Under the pieces are notes generated by a model. That model made no database searches. It was given only the letters and a program-made list of their open reading frames with translations, and was not told the origin of the DNA. A DNA stretch of 64,000 bases, taken from assembly GCA_050943055.1 (NCBI GenBank), contig JBMNOL010000001.1:15750-79749 (forward strand), read 5' to 3'. Positions 56,180 through 64,000 of the stretch are shown here, in pieces. The stretch is from Patescibacteria group bacterium (GTDB lineage Bacteria; Patescibacteriota; Patescibacteriia; Patescibacteriales; UBA12465). Both the position numbers and the translations under genes were made by a program. Position 1 is the stretch's first letter, and every line of letters begins with the position of its first letter.

Positions 56180-57002
56180 AAAAGGAAAAGAATTATTTCT
56201 TTAAGTTGAAATTATAACCTTTTTTTAATTTCTTTTCAAATTTAAGCCTTTATTTTTATTATTTCACTAATATTAGCTATTCTTACTAATATTAGCTAAA
56301 TAATAAGTGTTCTTTGAAAAACAATATGATTAGAAAAAATTTAAGAATTTAAACCTCTTAAAAAATATTTAACTTAGAGAAAATTAGTAACAAAAAACTC
56401 TTTAAAAAATAATAATTTTAAGAAAAGTTTTTAAAGAAGAATCCCTCCCTTTTTTCTAAAGCCTAATAACTAAAAAACTAACTCACTTTTAAATTTTATT
56501 TTCAACAAAAAGCTTAACTCAAATATATTGTATTTTTAAACTATCTAATTTTAACCTTTTTGAGAAAATCCTTATCTAAATATATTTTAATAAATTACAA
56601 TTCTTTTTTGGGGAATTTTTAAAATCTATACCATTTTAATTAAAAATACTTTTTATGTTCCTTAAGGAACTTGACTATTTTTTAAAAGGGTAAAAATGTC
56701 TTTAAAAAAATAAAGAGATAAGTCCAGAGTGTTGTCGACTTATCTCCTTAAAAAATATTTTCTTTATTTTTTCTTTAGATTACCTTTAATTTAAAATCAA
56801 GAGATTATCTTAACTATCACCATCACCTTAGTCTGGGCATAAATCTATTTTTTAAATCAAAAAAGGGGAAAGATCAAAAAATAAATTAAACCAAACAATT
56901 ATTTATTAAACCAAAAAAGACTCTTAATTCTTAAAACCCACCCCTTAATTACCCAAAAAACTTCAACTTTTCTAAAATTATTTGCTAATATTAATTAAAT
57001 TG

Positions 57003-57076
<74 letters not shown>

Positions 57077-57155
57077 ATTTTAAAATTTAACACGACAATC
57101 ATAACTAATTTAATAAAATTAGTAAAGACTGCCTTTGTATTTTTTACAGGATCGG

Positions 57156-57227
57156 CGTCTTCGTCAGGAATCGAACCTGAATCTAGAACTTAGGAGGTTC
57201 TTGTTCTATCCATTGAACTACGAAGAC
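57156..57227 (-). tRNA. tRNA-Arg (CCU)
   Basis: GTCTTCG/CGAAGAC; AGAAC-CTCCTAA-GTTCT. Confidence 0.94.
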
Positions 57228-57355
57228 CAGGAATTCTTTCTTTAGTATGCTTTTTTTATTATTTTAAGTCAATTATTTTTTGACAAATGACCACCTATCG
57301 CTTAGAATTAAGTTGTTATTAATAACAACCCGCGCACGCTTGGGTTTTTAAAATT

Positions 57356-57763
57356 ATGTTTAACAAAGAAATGAAACTAGAAAAATTTAAGGATGCCGAA
57401 ACCGTTATTGGCTCGTCAGTTTTTGTTAAGGGTGACTTCCATGGCACCGGAAACATTATCATTGAAGGTAGTCTTGAAGGTAGCTTAAAAACTGATGCTG
57501 ATGTCTATATCGGCGAAAAAGCCCAAGTTACTGCTACTATTGAAGCGGCCAATGCCACTATCAACGGCCAAATTAACGGTACGGTAAAAGTTAGTCAGTA
57601 TCTAGCCTTAGGAAGCACCGCCAAAATTACTGGTGATGTTAATTTTCAAGAACTTTCTGTTGTTAGGGGTGCTCTGATTAATGGTCGCCTAAGCAGTCAT
57701 GGTGCTGGTCGCAATAAAAAAAATGCCCCCGATAAAAAAGATGTTTTAGTAGAAGACGAGTAA
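57356..57763 (+). CDS. Bactofilin (polymer-forming cytoskeletal protein)
   Basis: ETVIG....VKGD, IEGSLEG, A.INGQING.V, AKITGDV beta-helix repeats. Confidence 0.92.
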   Translation: MFNKEMKLEKFKDAETVIGSSVFVKGDFHGTGNIIIEGSLEGSLKTDADVYIGEKAQVTATIEAANATINGQINGTVKVSQYLALGSTAKITGDVNFQELSVVRGALINGRLSSHGAGRNKKNAPDKKDVLVEDE

Positions 57764-57786
57764 TTTATTGATTAGAAGGGGCGCTT

Positions 57787-58539
57787 ATGAACATCTATAT
57801 TTACGATGATTATTTAAATAAACCAAAATACAGCCGCATTTTAAACCGGGTTGAGATTCGTTTGACTGATTTAAATTTAAACGGAAAGATTATTCGTTTA
57901 GGAACCATTAGAAATGTCTCCGATGTTATTCAAAATGAAATAAAAAACGGTGCTAAAACTATTGTTGCGGTTGGTAATAATCAAACGGTAAGTAAGGTGA
58001 TTGGAGCGATCATTGATAATGAGCTTTACGGCTTCTTTCAAAAAAATATTCTCTTTTCTATTATTCCTATTGGTGAAGATAACTCCATTGCCGAATCTTT
58101 AGGTATTAAAGCTGGTGAAGAAGCTTGTAATATTTTACTTGCTCGTCATATCAAAAAAATTGATATCGGGATTATTAATAACTATTACTTTTTAAATAAG
58201 GTTAGTTTGCCTAGTGCTGGTGCTGTCTTAGAGTTTAAAGATAATTTTTCTTTAAGCACTAATCAAAAAGGGATAATTGAAATTTTTAATCTTCGTAGCG
58301 CCACCGGTGATGATAAAAACTTAAAAGTTAACCCGGTTGATGGTTTGTTGGATGTTTACATAAAAACTGGTAAGGGGGTTAAAGATTTAACTCGTTTAAG
58401 TACCGACAATTTAAAAATCAGCGCCGCTGGCGCTGAACTGGTTGTTGATGGGGCTCTTAGTTTACCGGCACCGGCTAACATTAGTATTGTTCGCGGCAAA
58501 TTAAATGTCGTGGTTGGTCGCGATCGTAGTTTTGATTAA
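57787..58539 (+). CDS. Diacylglycerol-kinase-family protein with degenerate catalytic motif
   Basis: IVAVGNNQT in place of GGDGT, IIPIG..N.IA..LGI, IDIG.IN..YF, DGLLDV, VDG. Confidence 0.75.
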   Translation: MNIYIYDDYLNKPKYSRILNRVEIRLTDLNLNGKIIRLGTIRNVSDVIQNEIKNGAKTIVAVGNNQTVSKVIGAIIDNELYGFFQKNILFSIIPIGEDNSIAESLGIKAGEEACNILLARHIKKIDIGIINNYYFLNKVSLPSAGAVLEFKDNFSLSTNQKGIIEIFNLRSATGDDKNLKVNPVDGLLDVYIKTGKGVKDLTRLSTDNLKISAAGAELVVDGALSLPAPANISIVRGKLNVVVGRDRSFD

Positions 58540-58571
58540 AAAAAACCGAACAGTCAAGTTCGGTTTTTAAA

Positions 58572-59324
58572 TTATTTTTCTTCAGAAACAGAGACAACTA
58601 CTCCATCAATAGGGCCTTGGTCCTGTTTTTTTTGAATTAAAAATTGCTGCAGTACAGTTAAAAGGCTAAAAATGAGCCAATAAAGAGTTAGTCCGCCCGG
58701 TAAATACAAACCAAAAATAATTGTCATTATGGGGAATAAATAAGAAGATTGTTTGCTCATTATTGCCGCCATATCCTCCATTCCTGAGCTTTTAGCAGTA
58801 GCCACTGTTTTAGTCTGATTCTTTAACATCATTTTACTTTGAATAAACTGAGCTGCCCCGGCTAAAATCGCTAAAACAACAACCGGTTGACCCAAATCAA
58901 CACCAAAAGAAATTGAACTAATCTCGGCCGCCGAACCAACAAAAGAATAAACTAAATTTAAATCCTCGGTTAGGCCCACTCGTAAAGATTGGAAAATTGC
59001 ATAAATAAAAGGAAGTTGAATTAAAAGAGGTAAACAAGAGGAAAAGGGATTTATTTTATGTTTCTTATACAATTCCATGGTTGCCCGACCTAAAGCCTCT
59101 TTATTGTCAGCATATTTCTTCTTTAATTCATTTAATTCAGCTTGAACTCCCTGTATCGCCAGTTGTGATTTAGTTGATTTTTGTGACAACGGCCAAAAAA
59201 TTAATTTAACAATAGTTGTTAATAAAATAATAGCAATCCCTAGATCACCCACCTGACCATATAAAAACACTAAAAGGTTGAGAATTGGTTGATAAAAGAT
59301 AACTTGAAAAAGGTTGCCAAACAT
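58572..59324 (-). CDS. yidC: Membrane protein insertase YidC/Oxa1 (short form)
   Basis: GIAIILLT, MELYKKHKINP.SSCLP.LIQLP, P.GL.LYW; location next to rnpA. Confidence 0.94.
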   Translation of the reverse strand: MFGNLFQVIFYQPILNLLVFLYGQVGDLGIAIILLTTIVKLIFWPLSQKSTKSQLAIQGVQAELNELKKKYADNKEALGRATMELYKKHKINPFSSCLPLLIQLPFIYAIFQSLRVGLTEDLNLVYSFVGSAAEISSISFGVDLGQPVVVLAILAGAAQFIQSKMMLKNQTKTVATAKSSGMEDMAAIMSKQSSYLFPIMTIIFGLYLPGGLTLYWLIFSLLTVLQQFLIQKKQDQGPIDGVVVSVSEEK

Positions 59325-59336
59325 ATGTTTTATAAA

Positions 59337-59675
59337 TTATTTTAAACCACTTTTTACTAACAAATCATTGAGATTTTTATGTAAGTCTTCGTAAGATAAG
59401 TTTTTAATTTCCGGCTTAGTAACAATAACTAGATCGTAACCTTGCTTTAAGGTTTTATTTTCCTGATAAAATATCGCCCGCAGGCGACGCTTATAAAGAT
59501 TGCGAAGAACCGCTAATTTACTTACCTTTACCCCCACCAAAATACCCACACGATTAAATCCTAAATCATTATTAAAATATTTTAAACCTAAAGAACCGCT
59601 ATAAACAGAGCGGCCTTCTTTAAAAATGGAGCTAAACTCCCGGTTTTTTGTTAATCGATTTTTTGCGGGTAACAT
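59337..59675 (-). CDS. rnpA: Ribonuclease P protein component
   Basis: RL.KNREF, K.SKLAV.RN..KRRLR. Confidence 0.93.
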   Translation of the reverse strand: MLPAKNRLTKNREFSSIFKEGRSVYSGSLGLKYFNNDLGFNRVGILVGVKVSKLAVLRNLYKRRLRAIFYQENKTLKQGYDLVIVTKPEIKNLSYEDLHKNLNDLLVKSGLK

Positions 59676-59693
59676 CCCTATTTTTGACTATCA

Positions 59694-59831
59694 TTATTTA
59701 GTCAAACTTTCTCTTCCTTTATCGCGTCGACGTTTCAAAACAGCCCGTCCATCCTTAGTCTCCATTCTACTCATAAAACCATGTTTTGTGCTGGCTCTTT
59801 TTTTATTTGGCTGATAGGTTCTTTTTGGCAT
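59694..59831 (-). CDS. rpmH: 50S ribosomal protein L34 (45 aa, absent from the ORF track)
   Basis: [45 protein letters not shown]. Confidence 0.95.
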   Translation of the reverse strand: MPKRTYQPNKKRASTKHGFMSRMETKDGRAVLKRRRDKGRESLTK

Positions 59832-60017
59832 AAAAAATGTTTGTTTCTACATTTAAAGTCTAATTCACTCTATCATTTTTATTTCGAACGGTCAATAATT
59901 TTTTTCTTTCTTATTTTTAACAATTATTAACAATTTACCCACATCTTGTAAACATTTTTCGCTTGTTAAAAAGTTTTTTATTAAATATAATGGAATCATA
60001 TTCTTACTCACCCCCTT

Positions 60018-61403
60018 ATGTCATACGAACAGATTTGGCAAGCCGTCTTAGGCGAAATTGAAATTGGCTTATCTCGAGCCAATTTTATTACTTGGTTTAA
60101 AAATACCTTTATCCATTCTCTTGAAGGTAATCATGTTGTTATTGGCGTTCCTAACACTTTTATTAAAAAGTGGTTAGAGGAAAAATATCATCGTAATATT
60201 GTCGCGGCTTTAGAAAATATTCTAAAAGAAAAAGTGGAGGTTTCTTATCAAGTTGAATTACGCCCAGCAATGGAAAAAGAAGCTACCCAAAAACCAACTA
60301 CCAACGAAACTATAAAAATACAACCAAACTTTTCCCCTTTACCTAATAATAACCCTACTTTTAATGGTGGGAAATCAAACTCCGGTTTAAATCCTAAATA
60401 TGTTTTTGAAAAATTTATTGTTGGTAAAAATAATGAACTTGCTTATGCTGCTTGTCAAGCGGTAGTTAATAATTTAGGCAAAGCCTACAACCCTTTATTT
60501 ATTTATGGCGGTGTTGGTTTAGGAAAAACTCATCTTTTGCAAGCAATTGGTAATGAGGTAGTAAAATTTAATAACCAACGGGTTTTATACACAACCTCCG
60601 AACAATTTACCAATGACTATATTCAAGCAGTGCACTCTGGAAAAGCGAAAGATTTTAAAAATTTATATCGCAATGTTGATCTTCTTCTAGTTGATGATGT
60701 TCAATTTATGGGTGGTAAAGACGGAACACAACAAGAATTTTTTCACACCTTTAATGAACTCCAGCAAGCTGATAAACAAATTGTTTTAAGTTCTGATAGA
60801 CCACCTAAATCTTTGCCGGCGATTGAGGCTCGCTTAATCTCTCGTTTTGAATCGGGAATGGTTGCTGATATTGGTAAACCAGATACTGAAACAAAAATTG
60901 CAATTCTAGAAAGACGAGCTGAAGAAAAAGGTTTTCCTTTAAGCCCAGAAATTCTAACTATGATGGCCGAGAGTGTTCAAAATAATATTCGTGAATTAGA
61001 GGGTTTATTAAATAAAATTATTGCTGTTCATCAACTTAAAGGTGTCCCAATTACAGAAAAAAGTGTTAAAGAAATTATGTCTGATTTTGTGGCCACCACT
61101 AAAACTAAATCTCTTTCTAATAAAGAAATTATTGATGCTGTTTGTCGCTACTATGATATTAATCAAAAAGATATTTTAGGTTCTAATCGAAAAAAAGAAT
61201 TTGTTTGGCCTCGGCAAATTGCTATTTATTTAATGCGCGAAGAATTAGAATCTTCTTATCCTACTATTGGCCAAGAAATGGGGGGTCGTGATCATACCAC
61301 CGCTATCCATGCTTATAATAAAATTCGCCATGAGGTTATTGATTTAGGTAATGAAAAAATAAAACAAGAATTAAATTCAATTAAACAACTGTTTTCTGTC
61401 TAG
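60018..61403 (+). CDS. dnaA: Chromosomal replication initiator DnaA
   Basis: YNPLFIYGGVGLGKTHL, LLVDDVQF, QQEFFHTFN, RELEG, GGRDHTT. Confidence 0.98.
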   Translation: MSYEQIWQAVLGEIEIGLSRANFITWFKNTFIHSLEGNHVVIGVPNTFIKKWLEEKYHRNIVAALENILKEKVEVSYQVELRPAMEKEATQKPTTNETIKIQPNFSPLPNNNPTFNGGKSNSGLNPKYVFEKFIVGKNNELAYAACQAVVNNLGKAYNPLFIYGGVGLGKTHLLQAIGNEVVKFNNQRVLYTTSEQFTNDYIQAVHSGKAKDFKNLYRNVDLLLVDDVQFMGGKDGTQQEFFHTFNELQQADKQIVLSSDRPPKSLPAIEARLISRFESGMVADIGKPDTETKIAILERRAEEKGFPLSPEILTMMAESVQNNIRELEGLLNKIIAVHQLKGVPITEKSVKEIMSDFVATTKTKSLSNKEIIDAVCRYYDINQKDILGSNRKKEFVWPRQIAIYLMREELESSYPTIGQEMGGRDHTTAIHAYNKIRHEVIDLGNEKIKQELNSIKQLFSV

Positions 61404-61647
61404 AGGATAAACTGTTCTTTAGGGGGTGATAGTTTGGGGTTAATTATCACTACTTGGGTATAATTTTAAAACTTTAAAAAGTTATCAATTTTTTATCAAT
61501 ACCTAATAAACTATCTACCCCTAGGTAATTAACAAGTAAAAACTATAATAATCTTAATTAATACCGACCTTTTTAAAAAATTCTTAAAATTATCCCCGCC
61601 CTTATTATTGTTTTTGTTTATATATATTATTATATAATTAATGTAAT
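61404..61647. other. Probable oriC (dnaA-dnaN intergenic), possibly bipartite with 59832-60017
   Basis: AT-rich; degenerate DnaA-box-like 9-mers (TTATCCTCT reverse, TTATCAATA, CTATCTACC, TTATCCCCG; TTACCCACA and TTATTAACA before dnaA); AT-only tract before dnaN. Confidence 0.6.
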
Positions 61648-62775
61648 ATGCGTTTAATAAGTACTCAAGAAAATTTAAAAAAAGCCCTTTCAATTACTAG
61701 TCATGGAACTGGTAAAAATATAAATTTACCCATCCTTAGTAATATTTTAATAAGAGCAAAAAATGGAATTATTGAATTAATAAGTACTAATCTAGAAATT
61801 GGTATTATTTATCAACTTCGTGGAAAAATTGAAGTTGAGGGTGAATTTACTGTTGATTCAAAGGTTATTACAGAATATATTAATTTATTACCAGGAGAGA
61901 ATATTTTATTAGAAGTTAATGATAATAGTTTGCAGGTAGAGTGTTTAAACTACCAAACAAAAATTAGAGGTGAATCAGCTCAAGAATTTCCTTTAATTCC
62001 TAATGTTAATCAGAGTAATTATTATTATTGTGAAGCTGATCAGTTGCGCCAAGCTTTAAATAGTGTTATTTTTGCGGCTTCAATTAGTGATAATCGGGTG
62101 GAGTTAGCGGGGGTTTTATTTAATTTTGAAGATAATGAGTTAACCTTAGCGGCTACTGATAGTTATCGTTTAGCCGAAAAAAAATTAGAAATTAAAGCAA
62201 AAAATGATTTTGTTAAACAAAGAGTAATTGTCCCCGCTAGAACAATTCAAGAATTGTTGAGAATTTTAAGTAATTATTCAACCGAAGGAGTTAATATAAA
62301 TAATAAAGAGGGGATAAAAATATCTGTTTCCGATAATCAAATTTTATTTTCTATTGATTCGGTGGAATTAGTTTCTCGTTTAATTAGTGGGCAATATCCT
62401 GATTATCAACAAATTATTCCTGATAAAACCCAAACTACAGTAAGAGTTAATCGTTCCGATTTTTTACGAGCCGCCAAAGCGACTGCAATTTTCTCCAAAG
62501 TCGGAATTAATGATATTAATTTAGAATTAGTTAGTGGAAAAATTATTATTTCCGCGTCTTCTGGTCAAACTGGTGAAAGTAGGGTGGAAATAAGTGCTGA
62601 TATTTCTGGTGATAATAATGAAATTGCTATAAATTATCGTTATTTAGTTGATGGTTTAAATAATTTAAATAGTGAGGAGGTAATAATCGGAATAAATAGT
62701 TCTAATACCCCCTGTGTTTTAACTAGTGATTCAGATCCGTCTTATTGTTACGTTGTAATGCCAATAAAACAATAA
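61648..62775 (+). CDS. dnaN: DNA polymerase III beta sliding clamp
   Basis: LPILSNIL, STNLE, ATDSYRLA, SRLI.G.YPDY, YVVMPI. Confidence 0.97.
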   Translation: MRLISTQENLKKALSITSHGTGKNINLPILSNILIRAKNGIIELISTNLEIGIIYQLRGKIEVEGEFTVDSKVITEYINLLPGENILLEVNDNSLQVECLNYQTKIRGESAQEFPLIPNVNQSNYYYCEADQLRQALNSVIFAASISDNRVELAGVLFNFEDNELTLAATDSYRLAEKKLEIKAKNDFVKQRVIVPARTIQELLRILSNYSTEGVNINNKEGIKISVSDNQILFSIDSVELVSRLISGQYPDYQQIIPDKTQTTVRVNRSDFLRAAKATAIFSKVGINDINLELVSGKIIISASSGQTGESRVEISADISGDNNEIAINYRYLVDGLNNLNSEEVIIGINSSNTPCVLTSDSDPSYCYVVMPIKQ

Positions 62776-62789
62776 TAAAAAATAAAAAA

Positions 62790-62822
62790 AAGAACCAGCC
62801 TATTAAGCTGGTTCTTTTTTTG
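62790..62822. terminator. Bidirectional terminator between dnaN and the PBP gene
   Basis: AAGAACCAGC-CTATTAA-GCTGGTTCTT with A/T tracts. Confidence 0.8.
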
Positions 62823-64000
62823 TTACTCTTCAATTATTATATTATCAAGTGGAAAAATAATTGTACTGGTTGATATTACTTCAGTGGAGGTGGAAAATTC
62901 AGTATCTTCTAAGTCAGGAGGTGTGCTACTGCTAATAATTTCAATTAATGGTGGTGGTAAGGGTTGTTCAGGGGTAGACATAAATTCCCAATTCTTTTCT
63001 GCCCATTTTCTAATTCCTTCTTCCCATCTAACAAATTGAGGATCATTTTCTGGATTTTCTGGGGCTGGACCTAAAGGATCATCTTTATCAATATAAAATA
63101 AAATCGAGTGATTATCGCTTAACTGTTTTATCTCTAAAAATTCCTCAGGAGTATTAGGGCTGGCTGGCATTTTAGTGCGACTATCAAGATATAATTCACC
63201 AATTATTGGGCGTTCACCGTCTAAAATAGCTTTACCGGTTTTTTCTATTTTTGGTTGTTTAAAAACTTCTTTTGGTGTACCTTCTAAAGCCCGAGTCATA
63301 AATTTTTGCCAAATTGGAGCCGCAATTACACTTCCATCAGCACCAGTATTCATTTTGGTATTGTCGGTATTTCCAACCCAAACACCAGTAACTAAAGAAG
63401 GAGTATAGCCAATTGTCCAAGCATCTCTAAATTCATTAGTGGTCCCGGTTTTAGCGGCTACCTCACGATCATTTAAAGTTAAATAGTTTTTTGAGCCAAA
63501 AATAAAAGAACGCGCGTTATTATCAATTAAAATACTAGTTACCATTCGGGCGGTCTCTGAAGTTAAAATATTCCTCTTATTTGGTTGCCATTCTTCTAGG
63601 ATATTTCCATTCTTGTCTTCTACTTTTAAGATGACACTAGGGGTGCTAATTTCCCCATCACGAGCTAGGGCGCTAAAAGCATTAGTATGGTCCAATAAGC
63701 TAACCTCAGCGCCACCTAAGACCAAAGAGAGTCCAACTCCTTCACTTAAATTCTTATATCCTAAAGACTCTGCTAAAGAAATAACATTTTTTAAACCAGC
63801 TAAATATAAAACCTTAACAGCCGGAATATTTAAAGAACCAGCCAAGGCTTGTCGTAAAGTTACAGGTCCATACTCTTTTAAATTATAATTTTTTGGCGAG
63901 TAATTACCAAAATCCGTAACTGTATCAAAAACTAAAGTGTTGGGATTGTAGCCACCCTTTTCAAATAAAGCAGCATAAACAATCGGCTTAATAGAAGAGC
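62823..64000 (-). CDS. Class A penicillin-binding protein (PBP1A-like), transpeptidase half; 5' part outside the window
   Basis: Frame open to the window edge with SSIKP (SxxK), SLN (SxN), KTGT, DAWTIGY...VWVG. Confidence 0.9.
   Translation of the reverse strand, partial: SSIKPIVYAALFEKGGYNPNTLVFDTVTDFGNYSPKNYNLKEYGPVTLRQALAGSLNIPAVKVLYLAGLKNVISLAESLGYKNLSEGVGLSLVLGGAEVSLLDHTNAFSALARDGEISTPSVILKVEDKNGNILEEWQPNKRNILTSETARMVTSILIDNNARSFIFGSKNYLTLNDREVAAKTGTTNEFRDAWTIGYTPSLVTGVWVGNTDNTKMNTGADGSVIAAPIWQKFMTRALEGTPKEVFKQPKIEKTGKAILDGERPIIGELYLDSRTKMPASPNTPEEFLEIKQLSDNHSILFYIDKDDPLGPAPENPENDPQFVRWEEGIRKWAEKNWEFMSTPEQPLPPPLIEIISSSTPPDLEDTEFSTSTEVISTSTIIFPLDNIIIEE

Overview
A core-genome stretch of a small, AT-rich bacterium (genetic code 11, TGA used as stop). 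Gene content points to Patescibacteria/CPR (Parcubacteria/ABY1-like; inferred, not searched): alpha2-type GlyRS, archaeal-type Cmk, a VirB2-like pilin array, a ComEC MBL domain and no biosynthetic pathways. The window ends at the yidC-rnpA-rpmH-dnaA-dnaN origin region. It holds about 60 CDS and 12 tRNAs, with no rRNA, CRISPR array, integrase or transposase. The most notable unexplained signals are: (1) a recurring non-coding unit of sigma70 promoter, boxA-like AGTTCTTT and a long structured RNA (3 clear copies, one 6S-like, plus a weaker fourth); (2) a 25-bp perfect inverted repeat enclosing the start of a small membrane gene, a possible invertible switch or antisense hairpin; (3) a ~225-bp GC-rich element bounded by a duplicated tRNA-Glu 3' end and carrying an anti-T-arm copy; (4) an operon with a tandem double-ATPase PilB, a translin/TRAX-like RNase and a phosphoesterase; (5) seven VirB2/TrbC-like pilin paralogues; (6) two ECF sigma factors whose putative promoters recur upstream of surface-protein genes; (7) two Bacteroidota-style exported proteins; (8) a rare tRNA-Ile(UAU).
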